Translations under genes and position numbers: made by a program
Part shown: positions 26,808-38,000 of the stretch, in pieces
How the letters are laid out: every line of letters starts with the position of its first letter
Position numbering within the stretch: position 1 is the first letter of the stretch
DNA from: a virus
Lineage: Duplodnaviria; Caudoviricetes
DNA length: 64,000 bases
Direction: 5' to 3' (one strand)
IMG/VR virus record: IMGVR_UViG_3300025608_000011
Coordinates: 1 to 64,000 of that record
Notes under the pieces: generated by a model
Databases searched by the model: none
The model's input: only the letters and a program-made list of their open reading frames with translations
Told to the model about the DNA's origin: nothing

Positions 26808-27109
26808 TGGCTAGATATTCCTCAACAAGTCCTTGGAACAAAACTCCTATTAATTCTAACGGGTATTTAGACACAATTAAAGTTAGACCAATACCTGCCG
26901 AAAGCGATGATATATTGTATGAAATACAACCACAATATACATACAGACCAGATTTATTAGCCTATGATTTGTATGACACTCCTAAATTATGGTGGGTGTT
27001 TGCACAAAGAAACATGGATATTATAAAAGATCCAATTTTTGATTTAAAGCCTGGAACAGTGATTTACCTACCTAAAGGATCAAAATTAAAAAGACTGCTA
27101 GGAATCTAA
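26807..27109 (+). CDS. gp53: Baseplate wedge protein, LysM-like (gp53-like)
   Basis: YRPDLLAYDLYDTPKLWWVFAQRN..PGTVIYLP. Confidence 0.75.
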   Translation: MARYSSTSPWNKTPINSNGYLDTIKVRPIPAESDDILYEIQPQYTYRPDLLAYDLYDTPKLWWVFAQRNMDIIKDPIFDLKPGTVIYLPKGSKLKRLLGI

Positions 27110-27110
27110 T

Positions 27111-29654
27111 ATGTCAGCACAGTCATTGATAAATGCCGCTAAAAATAAAACTATAGGTATCTTAAAAGAAACGGCCCAAGGCGTTAAAGGTCTTGTAGAA
27201 GAATCTGGAATTGCCGGAGTCAATAAAGCAATTACACAAGAATTAAGTAGTGCTATTAACGTTAAAGGTGTTAGTAATACTGATGATGCGTATGATACAA
27301 ATAATCCTTTAGCATCAAATTCTGATGATGCATACTCTACAACAGTAAATCCTGATAAAATACAAGCAACTAGTACTGATAGCGAACCAGGACCTATAGG
27401 GAGCATAACTCCTCCGGCAGAATTTGAACCTGGTACAACTCCTGCTCCTTGGCCAAATACACTTGAATCATTTACTTCGATGAATGTTATTTCAGAACTA
27501 GCTATTTTAAGCCGCCAAGAAAGTATTGATCCTGTTACTACATATCGCAGTAATGGTCCTTCAAATATTATTTTAAGATCTGGAGGAGGATTAGGTGCAG
27601 ATAAGATTACAACAACCTACGAAGATAAACTAAAAACACGACTAGAATACTATATAGACGAAATAGAAATTGACAGTTTAATTGCTCCTAACAGCAAAAC
27701 GCAGGCTACTAATGCAACTACAATTAGATTTACAGTAATTGAACCGTACAGCATGGGACTATTTTTACAGACCCTACATGTTGCAGCCGCTGAGTTAAAA
27801 TACTCTAGTCATATAGAAGCAAACTATCTTTTAACAATAAAATTCCAAGGGTTTGACGAAAATAATAATACTAGAGTAGCTCCTTATAGTACTAGGATGA
27901 TTCCTATAATGCTGACCAACGTTATTTTCACAGTTGATCAAGCAGGATCTAAATACGAAGTAACAGCTATTGCCGCAAACGATATAGCATTTGATGATAA
28001 TGTTCAAACAGTAAAAACCGATGTAACTATTACAGGTAGAACTGTAAGCGAAATTCTACAATCAGGCGCACAAAGTCTTGCTACGGTGATCAATGACAGA
28101 GCTCAAAGCCTAGAAGCTAAAAATCAAGTTAATCAAGCCGACCAAATTGTTATCATGTTTCCTAGAACTAAAACAGCAATAAATGATGTACAGGAAGGAA
28201 CTTCTAACGATAGTGTTGTAGCAACGGCCGCGACAGAAGAAGGTGCTACAAACTTAGATCAATTATATCAAAGTGTAACAAGTTCAGGCCCAGATGATAA
28301 TACGTTAGCACCGGGCGATTTTACTAACTTCATAAGCAGTGTTAGTAGTACTATAGAAGGCAGAAGTAGGCTTGGCGAAGCAATAAAATTGTTTGCAGAA
28401 ACACCTACTAAATTTAATGAAATAGCAACAGCAGAAATGGTAGACGATTTCTTACAACCAGGACAAAATCCTCTAGGAAAGCCTGCATTTACCTATGACT
28501 CGGATGCTAAAATTTATAGACGAGATAGCATAGAAGTTCAAATTAAAAAAGATCTAAGAAATTTTGTCTTTAAGCAAGGATCTAGAATACAAGATATTAT
28601 AGAAGAAATATTAATAAACAGCGAATACGGAAAGTCTCTAGCTAATCAATTAGAAAACATACAAGAAAACGAAGGCATGGTTAATTGGTTTAGGATAGAG
28701 TCGCAGGTTTATCCAGTAGGTTCTAATAAAAATAGAACAGGTCGTGATGCACATGTTTATGTTTATAAAGTAGTGCCTTATAAAATACATCACAGTAAAT
28801 TTAAAGCACCTACTGCGGCTTCTGTTGGCATAGATAAATTAAAAAAACAAGCAGCCAAAGAATACAATTATTTTTACACAGGCGCAAACAAAGACATATT
28901 AGATTTAGAAGTTAAATTTGACTATCAATACTTTACTCCATTGTCTGCAGATAGAAACAGTGTAAGTGCTTCCGACAGATTAGGCAAACAAAATTCTGCA
29001 AGTAACACTGACGATGCATATGAAACTGTTACAGGTGAAGGTCAAAATAATTATTATCCTAGCGAAGGTTTAAAGAAAACACAAGAAGTTGTAGAAAGTG
29101 AAACTGGTAAGTCGGGCGGAACACCTTACGATGATGCCAAAACAAGAATTGCACGAAACTTTAGAGATTCTATAATCTCAGGTGTTGATATGGTAATGGT
29201 TAATATGACTATTATGGGAGATCCATATTATTTGAGTGACAGCGGATTAGGCAATTATAATGCACCTGATACAAGTTTTACAAATATAAACGAAGACGGA
29301 ACTATGAATTATCAAAACGGTGAAGTTGATATTAATTTACTGTTCCGTTCTCCTATAGATTACGGTGAAGAAACAATGACATTTCCAGAAGATTTTGGAA
29401 TAGTTAAACCTTATAGCGGATTGTATCAAGTTACACTAGTTAGACATTCGATTAGTCAAAATCAATTTAAACAGGAATTAACACTATTGCGTAGACAAGA
29501 TCAAGATAACAGCGAAGTAAGCACAGGAGTTGGCGCAGTTAAGACAGGAACAGCAGCAGAAAGCATGAATGATAGACAAAAAACTAAAACTGCACCTATC
29601 TTAGAAATACCGTCACCGGAACTTAGTGAAGATGACAGAAGGAGTCCGTTCTAA
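27111..29654 (+). CDS. Putative baseplate hub protein
   Basis: Lies between gp53-like and gp5-like genes. MTIMGDPYY and YSGLYQVTLVRHSISQNQFKQELTLLR C-terminus typical of gp27/VgrG-like hubs. Confidence 0.6.
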   Translation: MSAQSLINAAKNKTIGILKETAQGVKGLVEESGIAGVNKAITQELSSAINVKGVSNTDDAYDTNNPLASNSDDAYSTTVNPDKIQATSTDSEPGPIGSITPPAEFEPGTTPAPWPNTLESFTSMNVISELAILSRQESIDPVTTYRSNGPSNIILRSGGGLGADKITTTYEDKLKTRLEYYIDEIEIDSLIAPNSKTQATNATTIRFTVIEPYSMGLFLQTLHVAAAELKYSSHIEANYLLTIKFQGFDENNNTRVAPYSTRMIPIMLTNVIFTVDQAGSKYEVTAIAANDIAFDDNVQTVKTDVTITGRTVSEILQSGAQSLATVINDRAQSLEAKNQVNQADQIVIMFPRTKTAINDVQEGTSNDSVVATAATEEGATNLDQLYQSVTSSGPDDNTLAPGDFTNFISSVSSTIEGRSRLGEAIKLFAETPTKFNEIATAEMVDDFLQPGQNPLGKPAFTYDSDAKIYRRDSIEVQIKKDLRNFVFKQGSRIQDIIEEILINSEYGKSLANQLENIQENEGMVNWFRIESQVYPVGSNKNRTGRDAHVYVYKVVPYKIHHSKFKAPTAASVGIDKLKKQAAKEYNYFYTGANKDILDLEVKFDYQYFTPLSADRNSVSASDRLGKQNSASNTDDAYETVTGEGQNNYYPSEGLKKTQEVVESETGKSGGTPYDDAKTRIARNFRDSIISGVDMVMVNMTIMGDPYYLSDSGLGNYNAPDTSFTNINEDGTMNYQNGEVDINLLFRSPIDYGEETMTFPEDFGIVKPYSGLYQVTLVRHSISQNQFKQELTLLRRQDQDNSEVSTGVGAVKTGTAAESMNDRQKTKTAPILEIPSPELSEDDRRSPF

Positions 29655-31135
29655 TGAGTAGAAGTTCTAATATATTAGACACTCTAGGACCAGGTCCTTT
29701 TGAAGCAGTAGTTGTAAATTATTTAGACGGAGAATACCAAGGAGCGTTGCAAGTAGAATTACTAAGAGGGTCTAGCCGAGCAGGAAATCAGCCAGAGCGT
29801 ACAGGACAAATTGTAACAGCAAGATATCTTTCTCCTTTTTACGGTGTAACACCTACTGACGCAACAAATGCTAGCCCAGGATATGAGTTATCACAAAAAT
29901 CTTACGGTATGTGGATGGTCCCGCCAGATCTGCAAACAAAAGTCTTAGTAATGTTTGTAAACAACGATATATCAAATGCATTTTGGATTGGCTGTATTCA
30001 AGACACAGGTATGAATTTTATGACACCTGGTAATGCAAGTACTACATTTAACAAAGACAAAGTAATGCGTCCTGTTGCAGAATATAACAAAGAAGACAAA
30101 AAAGAAAAAGGTAAAATAGATTACACTTTAAAAAACAAACCTGTGCATACTGATCAATATAAAGTTTTGCATAATCAAGGATTAGATACAGATGAAACTA
30201 GAGGTTATACAACTTCTAGTGCTAGACGAGAATTACCTAGTTCTGTTTTTGGTATATCTACACCAGGACCTGTTGACAAACGAAATGGTGCTCCTAAGTT
30301 TAGTATGGGGCCGTTTGAAGCTAAAGCAACAATTTTTACAAATAGACTTGGTGGCTCTAGTTTAGTGATGGATGACGGTGATGATAAATTTCTACGCAAA
30401 GAACATCCTGCTGTAGGTCCATTAGATTATGCCAATGTAGAACGCGGTGAAACACGAGACGGTGATGTTACAAGGCCTCACAATGAACTAGTTAGATTAC
30501 GTACTAGAACAGGTCATCAAATTTTATTACACAATAGTGAAGACTTGATTTACATTGGTAATGCAAGGGGCACTAGTTGGATAGAAATGACCAGCGATGG
30601 CAAAATAGATATTTTTGCAGACGACAGTGTAAGCATTCACACAAAAAATGACTTTAATTTTAAAGCAGATAGAGATTTTAATTTTGAAGCAGGACGTAAT
30701 TTTAATATTAAAGCAAATAACGGCATTACCATGGAAAGCATTGTAAACTTCCAATTAGTAATAGGCAATGACGGTAAAATTACCACAGGTAATAATTTTG
30801 ATTTACACACTGAAAATAACAATAAATTTACTGCATTGTTTGGAACAACAGATATGTTAAGTGGCGGTGTACACACCGAAACGGCTAGTGTAATACACCA
30901 TAACGGACCGCAAGCAGCGGAAGCCGCTATTGCGTCTCCGCTTAAGACGCATACCCTGCCAGGCGAGGACGAAGTAATAATGAAACGAGTACCGCAAGGC
31001 GAACCGTGGATACATCATGAAAATTTAGATGGCAGTAAATTTAAACCTACAAACACTGACAGGGCAAACACAGACGAACCTATAGAGGATCCAACACCTG
31101 TGTTAACGCCTGATACATTTAGGAAAGGATTATAA
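29654..31135 (+). CDS. gp5: Baseplate central spike (gp5/VgrG-like), no lysozyme domain evident
   Basis: OB-fold-like SYGMWMVPPD..VLVMF..FWIGC, then RTRTGHQILLH..SWIEMTSDGKIDIF beta repeats and a His-rich C-terminus. Confidence 0.75.
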   Translation: MSRSSNILDTLGPGPFEAVVVNYLDGEYQGALQVELLRGSSRAGNQPERTGQIVTARYLSPFYGVTPTDATNASPGYELSQKSYGMWMVPPDLQTKVLVMFVNNDISNAFWIGCIQDTGMNFMTPGNASTTFNKDKVMRPVAEYNKEDKKEKGKIDYTLKNKPVHTDQYKVLHNQGLDTDETRGYTTSSARRELPSSVFGISTPGPVDKRNGAPKFSMGPFEAKATIFTNRLGGSSLVMDDGDDKFLRKEHPAVGPLDYANVERGETRDGDVTRPHNELVRLRTRTGHQILLHNSEDLIYIGNARGTSWIEMTSDGKIDIFADDSVSIHTKNDFNFKADRDFNFEAGRNFNIKANNGITMESIVNFQLVIGNDGKITTGNNFDLHTENNNKFTALFGTTDMLSGGVHTETASVIHHNGPQAAEAAIASPLKTHTLPGEDEVIMKRVPQGEPWIHHENLDGSKFKPTNTDRANTDEPIEDPTPVLTPDTFRKGL

Positions 31136-31147
31136 AATAAATACGCT

Positions 31148-31585
31148 ATGAGCTCCGTAGAAAAGAAATTATACAATCAAATTAGCATAGGACAAGATAG
31201 AACTAAAGTTCCGTCGAGTAAAGCCTATAGGGGTGTATCTACTGTAAATCGAGAATCTACAAGTCCTGTACTCTATGATTTAAGTCTTATAAAACAGGAT
31301 ATTATTAATCATTTCCATATAAGGCAGGGAGAAAGATTACAAAATCCCGAGTTTGGTACAATTATTTGGGACGTACTTTATGATCCTCTCACTGACGATT
31401 TAAAACAAGCAATAGCAAATAATGTAACAGAAATTGTAAACTATGATCCTAGAGTACAAGTTGACCAAGTTCTTGTATCTAGTTACGAAAGTGGTATACA
31501 AATTGAAGTAGAGTTGACTTATCTTCCTTACAATATATCGGAAAAAATGCAACTTAAATTTGATGAAGACAGCGGCATGTATTAA
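31148..31585 (+). CDS. gp25: Baseplate wedge subunit (gp25-like)
   Basis: IRQGERLQNPEFGTIIWDVLYDP and YDPRV. Confidence 0.88.
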   Translation: MSSVEKKLYNQISIGQDRTKVPSSKAYRGVSTVNRESTSPVLYDLSLIKQDIINHFHIRQGERLQNPEFGTIIWDVLYDPLTDDLKQAIANNVTEIVNYDPRVQVDQVLVSSYESGIQIEVELTYLPYNISEKMQLKFDEDSGMY

Positions 31586-31605
31586 ATGCGCACTTTATTA
31601 TTTCA

Positions 31606-31613
31606 TATAAATA
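31606..31613 (+). promoter_or_regulatory. Late promoter TATAAATA
   Basis: Exact consensus upstream of the gp6-like gene. Confidence 0.7.
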
Positions 31614-31640
31614 TTGTAATAAAAGTTCAAGGAATATAAT

Positions 31641-34600
31641 ATGTCATCAACCGATAGACAAAATAGATTATTAGTAGCAGAAGATTGGAAACGTATCTAT
31701 CAAAGTTTTAGATACGCAGATTTCCAAAGCTACGATTTTGATAATTTACGCAGAACAATGATTAACTATCTGCGTCAAAACTATCCAGAAGATTTCAATG
31801 ATTACATTGAAAGTTCGGAATATCTAGCACTTATTGACCTTATTGCTTTCCTTGGACAAAACATAAGTTTCCGTATAGATTTAAATGCTAGAGAAAACTT
31901 TATAGAACTAGCAGAGCGTAGAGAAAGTGTACTACGACTTGCACGGTTGTTATCTTATAATCCTAAAAGAAATATACCTGCAAGCGGACTCCTAAAATTT
32001 GACAGTGTTACAACCACAGAAGATATTGTTGACAGTAACGGACAAAATTTATCAGGATTAGATATTCAGTGGAACGATACTACTAATCCTAATTGGTACG
32101 AACAATTTATTAAGATTTTAAATGCATCGCTTCCATTTAACGGTGTATTTGGTAAGCCTTACAAAAAAGATACAGTAGCAGGAATACAAACAGAACAATA
32201 TAAGTTTAATGCTATTAATACAGATATTCCTGTTTATAGTTTTTCTAAAACAGTAGACGGCGCAAGTTATCCTTTTGAAGTTACGTCAGTGGATGTGCAA
32301 GACGGTAATTTAGAAGAAGAAATTCCTGTGCTAGGAAATAACTTTGGGTTTGTATATAGAAATGATTCGAAGGGTGCAGGAAGTACAAATACAGGATTCT
32401 TTGCACACTTCCGTCAAGGTCAACTAGACAGCGGAGACTTTGTAGTAGGAACTCCTATTCCTAATCAAGTTGTAGATGTTGATACGAGAAACATTAATAA
32501 TTCCGATGTCTGGTTATACAAATTAGATGAAGACGGTTTTGAAAGTGATTTCTGGACAAAAGTAGATAGCACAGAAGGAAACAATGTTATCTATAACAGT
32601 GTCCAAGCAGGAATTAGAGATATCTATGCTGTAACAACTAGACCTGACGATAGAATAGGATTAGTGTTTAGTGATGGCGTCTTTGGAACTTTACCTAAGG
32701 GTAATTTCCGTGTTTATTATAGAACCAGTGCTAACAAACGTATTACAATTAAGCCTAATGAAATGTCAAACATTAGCATTACAGTTCCGTATATTAGCAG
32801 AGCAGGAAAATCTGAAGCAATTACTGTTACAATGTCTTTGCAATATACAGTGGATAATTCAAGCACGTCGGAAACTAATGCAAGTATTAAACAAAGTGCG
32901 CCACGTAATTATTACACACAAAACAGAATGATTACAGCAGAGGATTACAATATTGCTCCTTTGTCTACTAGTCAAGAAATTATTAAAACAAAAACCGTTA
33001 ATAGAACATCTAGTGGAATTTCAAGATATTTCGATTTAACAGATGCAACAGGAAAGTACTCAAATACAAACTTATTTGCAACTGACGGTGTTTTATACAG
33101 AGAAGAACTTGAAAAGAATTTTACCTTTACCTATGCAACAAAAACTGACATAGAAGGCATTATTGAAAATCAAATTATACCTTTATTAGGCGACGAAGAA
33201 ATTACAAATTTTTATTATGCTAAATTTCCAAGAATTTTTACAGAAGATTTGAATCCAACTTGGAGTCAACTAACCACAGAAACAAATCAAAGTTCTGGTA
33301 TAATTTTAGATGTTGATAGATTACCATACACGGTTTCTTCTTTTGCATCTAATCAATTAAGATTTATCAAAGAAGGATCATTGGTTAAATTTACTGCGCC
33401 AGCCGGTCAACATTTTATGACTAATGACAATAATTCATTAATGGACGGGGATGCAGATCATCCCGGTGCAGTAAATTATATATGGGCAAAAGTTGTAAGT
33501 GTTGCAACAGACGGAACAAATGCAAATAACGACGGGGGAATTTTGGTAAACGAAGTTATACCAACTGGAGCTATTATTTCATCTGTTATTCCTAGAATTC
33601 CTAATGCATTAAGCAATGAAGTTAAAACACAAGTAATCAATCAAATATTTTCTAACAATCCATTTGGTATAAGATTTGACAGAAATTCTGGAGAATGGAA
33701 AGTTATTAATGAAAATAATATAGACTTATATGGTAACTTTAGCACAGGTAAAACCGGCGATACTACTAATCAGCAATTAGATTCTAGTTGGATTTTTCGA
33801 TTTATCACAGACGGAGAAACTTATACAGTTACAAGACGTAATTTAAGATATGTATTTGAAAGTATAAAACAGTGTCGTTTTTACAAAGATGATTCTTCTA
33901 AAATTTACGATACTAAAACTGGTAAAGTTATTGAAGATCAAATCAAGTTTTTAAGTGTTAATCGAAAGCCCGATGTAAACGAGAGTTTTACAGTTGATTA
34001 TCCTTGGGAAGTAACAAAAGCATATAGAGACAGTGAAGGATATGTAGATAGCTCAAAAGTGATTGTAACATTCTTTGATACAGACAAAGATGGTACTATT
34101 GATAATCCTGATATGTTTACAGAAATAGTTCAACCTACAACAAATACTGTTACAAAATATATTTTCCAAGAAAAATATACAACAAACGAAAGCTATGAAG
34201 ATTTTAGATTAATTGAAGACCAATCTACAGTAATCGCTCTAAACAGTCAGGCAGATCTTCTGCCATTAACTAGATATACAAACGGACAGATTTTTTATTT
34301 TGTATTAAGTAATTCTTTTTATATCTTAGATAGCGAAAATAATAAATTAGTATTGACTACAGATTATAAAGCATTTATTGGAATTTCTAGCATTAAATTC
34401 CAATATGTTCACAATGCTGATGATGCAAGTAGAATTGATCCAAGTAGTAGTAATATTTTAGATTTATATTTGCTTACAAAAGGATACGACACACTTTATA
34501 GACAATGGTTGCAAAATGCAGTTTCTAGTGAACCATTGCCTCCTAGCAGTGATAGTTTATTTAGAAGTTACGGCACTGATCTTAATAAAATTAAATCAGT

Positions 34601-35069
34601 TAGTGATGAACTAATTTATCATCCTGTTAAGTACAAAAACTTATTTGGATCAAAGGCTGAAGAAGTGCTACAAGCAAAATTTAAAATTGTTAAAAACAAA
34701 GATATTGTGCTTAATGATAACGACATAAAAGCAAGAGTCATTAGTGCAATCAATCAATTTTTTGCATTAGAAAATTGGGACTTCGGTGAAACATTTTACT
34801 TCTCAGAATTGTCAGCATATGTAATCAACGAACTTGCTCCGGATATTAATACTTTTGTTATAGTACCAACACAAACTAACAAAGCATTTGGTACGATGTA
34901 CGAAGTAAAATGCGAAACAGACGAAATTTTTATTAGTAGTGCAACAGTAGATGATGTAGAAATTATAGATGCAGTAACAGCAAGTCAACTACAAGTTTCT
35001 GGATCTATATCAACTGCACTACCAACAAGTAATCAAGTTATAACCAGCTCCGGAGGAAGTACTTACTAA
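31641..35069 (+). CDS. gp6: Baseplate wedge subunit (gp6-like, 1142 aa)
   Basis: DFDNLRRTMINYL, ESVLRLARLLSYNPKR, FSDGVFGTLP and ETNASIKQSAPRNYYTQNRMITAEDY. Confidence 0.85.
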   Translation: MSSTDRQNRLLVAEDWKRIYQSFRYADFQSYDFDNLRRTMINYLRQNYPEDFNDYIESSEYLALIDLIAFLGQNISFRIDLNARENFIELAERRESVLRLARLLSYNPKRNIPASGLLKFDSVTTTEDIVDSNGQNLSGLDIQWNDTTNPNWYEQFIKILNASLPFNGVFGKPYKKDTVAGIQTEQYKFNAINTDIPVYSFSKTVDGASYPFEVTSVDVQDGNLEEEIPVLGNNFGFVYRNDSKGAGSTNTGFFAHFRQGQLDSGDFVVGTPIPNQVVDVDTRNINNSDVWLYKLDEDGFESDFWTKVDSTEGNNVIYNSVQAGIRDIYAVTTRPDDRIGLVFSDGVFGTLPKGNFRVYYRTSANKRITIKPNEMSNISITVPYISRAGKSEAITVTMSLQYTVDNSSTSETNASIKQSAPRNYYTQNRMITAEDYNIAPLSTSQEIIKTKTVNRTSSGISRYFDLTDATGKYSNTNLFATDGVLYREELEKNFTFTYATKTDIEGIIENQIIPLLGDEEITNFYYAKFPRIFTEDLNPTWSQLTTETNQSSGIILDVDRLPYTVSSFASNQLRFIKEGSLVKFTAPAGQHFMTNDNNSLMDGDADHPGAVNYIWAKVVSVATDGTNANNDGGILVNEVIPTGAIISSVIPRIPNALSNEVKTQVINQIFSNNPFGIRFDRNSGEWKVINENNIDLYGNFSTGKTGDTTNQQLDSSWIFRFITDGETYTVTRRNLRYVFESIKQCRFYKDDSSKIYDTKTGKVIEDQIKFLSVNRKPDVNESFTVDYPWEVTKAYRDSEGYVDSSKVIVTFFDTDKDGTIDNPDMFTEIVQPTTNTVTKYIFQEKYTTNESYEDFRLIEDQSTVIALNSQADLLPLTRYTNGQIFYFVLSNSFYILDSENNKLVLTTDYKAFIGISSIKFQYVHNADDASRIDPSSSNILDLYLLTKGYDTLYRQWLQNAVSSEPLPPSSDSLFRSYGTDLNKIKSVSDELIYHPVKYKNLFGSKAEEVLQAKFKIVKNKDIVLNDNDIKARVISAINQFFALENWDFGETFYFSELSAYVINELAPDINTFVIVPTQTNKAFGTMYEVKCETDEIFISSATVDDVEIIDAVTASQLQVSGSISTALPTSNQVITSSGGSTY

Positions 35070-38000
35070 TGGCTTACGATAATAATCAATCCGATCCAGC
35101 ACTACCAGTAGGTGATGACGAAAACAGAGAAAGTTATAACTTTTTACCTAAATATTTTAGAACTAATTTTAACAAAAAGTTTTTAGCCAGTACTCTTGAT
35201 CAATTATTACAACCTGGTGTAGCTGAAAAAGTAAACGGTTTTATCGGCAGACGAATAACCAAAGCATATACTTCTGATGACAATTATGTAGGCGATGTAT
35301 CTTTAAACAGAATTAATTATCAATTAGAACCAGCAGTTCTTATCGAAGATACAATTGGTAATACTGTATTTTATAAAGACTATATGGATTATATCAATCA
35401 ACTTAAAAACTTTAAAGTTGATGTTGACGATCATAATAAACTAAACGAACAAGAATACTATTCATGGGATCCTTTAATTGATTGGGATAAGTTTGTAAAC
35501 TTCCGCGAGTATTATTGGTTACCTTACGGACCACAAACTATAGGAATATTAGGACAGTCAGCAGATGTAGAAACAGAAATTCAGGTTATTGCAAGAGACA
35601 ATGCTGATAACAAAGGTTACGTTTTCTTTCCTGACGGTCTAACACAAAATCCTAATATTCGTTTATATAGAGGGCAAACCTATACATTTACGATTAACAC
35701 ACCGGGTAAGCCGTTCTATATAAAAACTGCAAGTCGAGCAGGAGAAGACTTTATCTATAATGACGGAGTTAGTGAGCAAGGAGTTGAAGAAGGTAGTATT
35801 ACTTTCACAGTTGATAACGACACTCCTGATTTACTATACTATGTAGATGAAAACGACCCTAATACTTACGGCTTGTTTATTGTTTTAGACATTGATGAAA
35901 ATAGTTTTATAAATGTAGAAGACGAAATTCTGGGAAAATTAAATTATACCAGCGGTAATAATATAAAATTATCTAACGGTATGAAAGTAGAATTTAAAGG
36001 AAAAGTTACTCCAGAAATCTACGGCGAAAGTGCTTATTATGTAGAAGGTGTAGGCGCTGGAATAAAATTAATACCAGAAAAAGATTTAGAAATTCCTAAT
36101 CAATTTGCCGCAGACCAATTAATACCTTTTGACACAAATGCATTTGATAGATTGCCTTTTGGTAATGCTGCTTCTTACCCTGCAGAAAAAGATTATATTA
36201 CTATCAATAAAAGTGCTGTCGATGGTAACGCCTGGTCAAAGTACAACAGATGGTTTCATAAAAGTGTAATCGAGCAAAGCGCAGAAATTAATGGCCAGCC
36301 TGCAGATCTTAATCAAGATGCTAGAGCAAAACGACCTATTATAGAATTTAAAAGCGGTGTTAAGTTATATAATTTTGGAGTAAAAGAAAAACCAGCAGTA
36401 GACCTAGTTGACACGTTTACAACTGATGTATTTTCTACAATAGAAGGTTCCGCTGGATATAATATTGACGGTGTTGATATAAGTGAAGGTATGCGTATAC
36501 TCTTTACAGCTGATACAGATATTTTAGTAAAGAACAAAATATTTGAAGTTAAATTTATCACCCAACAAAACAGCGAAAATATTGTAGACCGACGTCAAAT
36601 TGCATTAATCACTGTTGACGATACAGACCCTGTAGAAGGCGAAACAGTTTTAGTTAAGCAAGGTGACGAAAATCGTGGCGCAATGTGGCATTATACTTCT
36701 GGAGTTTGGTATAAAGGACAACAGAAAACCAGAGTAAATCAACCACCGAAATTTGATTTATTCGATGCCAACGGCGAAAATTTAAAAGATTCTACTACGT
36801 ATCCTTCTAGTGACTTTACTGGAGTAACAATATTTGAATATGCTCAAGGTACAGGAACAGCAGACACTGAACTAGGATTTCCTCTTACATATAGAACCAT
36901 CGAAAATGTTGGTGACATTACATTCAATTGGACTTTGCCTAATCAAGAAGTTAGATATCAAGATAACACACAATTACAAAGTGCTGTATACAAAACAAGC
37001 GAATCGTATCTTAAAGTATATGACGAAACCCTAGATTTTTCATATCATAACGGTTGGGCAAAAGGTTTTAGAAAATCCTATCAGCCAGTGTTAAGACAAT
37101 ATGTTGTAGATTCTACTCAGACAAATCTCTTTGAAATTGATATGTATGACTCTGCTGGAGTATTAAGTGATTTAGAAGTTAAGGTATTTGTTGACAATGA
37201 TTTTAAACAAGACCGCATTGATTATGATATTGAAAATATAAACAATAGGTTATATGTTAACTTTAACACAGATTTAGATGTAGGCCAAAAAGTTGTTTTT
37301 AGAACAAAAAGTTCAGCTCCGTGTAACGGCAACGGATATTACGAAGTTCCAAAGAATTTAGAACGTAATCCGCAGAACAACGACTTTACTACTGCTACAC
37401 TTGGGTCAATCAATGATCATTTAAACACTATGATAGATGATTTACCAGGATTTTCTGGAGAAATATTTGGTGTCAATAATGTAAGAGATCTAGGCGACAT
37501 TGCAAAGTACGGTAATAGATTTGTAAAACACTCTAATACTTTACCTTTAACAATGTTCCATGTAACAAACAAAGAGTACAATATTAAAAAAGCAATAGAT
37601 TTTGTTGGCAATGAATATGCAAAGTTTAAAAGACAATTTTTAACTGAAGCAGAAACACTAGGTTTTGATGCTGCTCCTGCTGAAATGGTAGACAGAATTT
37701 TACAAAATCTTACTAGAGATAAAGATCCTAGCATGCCATTTTATTTTTCACAAATGGCTGGATTTGCAAACGCAGTAACTCGTGATTATGAAGTTGTCGA
37801 TGTTGACAGTGTTTTCTTTGCGTTATCGCAACCTTTCGATATACAAGAAATATCGCCAAGAGCAGTTTATGTTTATCAGAACGAAATACAATTAACCTAT
37901 GGCAAGGATTATACCTTTGACAGCGAAGGATTTTGTATTGTAAACACAGAAAAACAATTAGGTGATAGAATTGTAATTAAAGAATTTGAATCTACTGACG

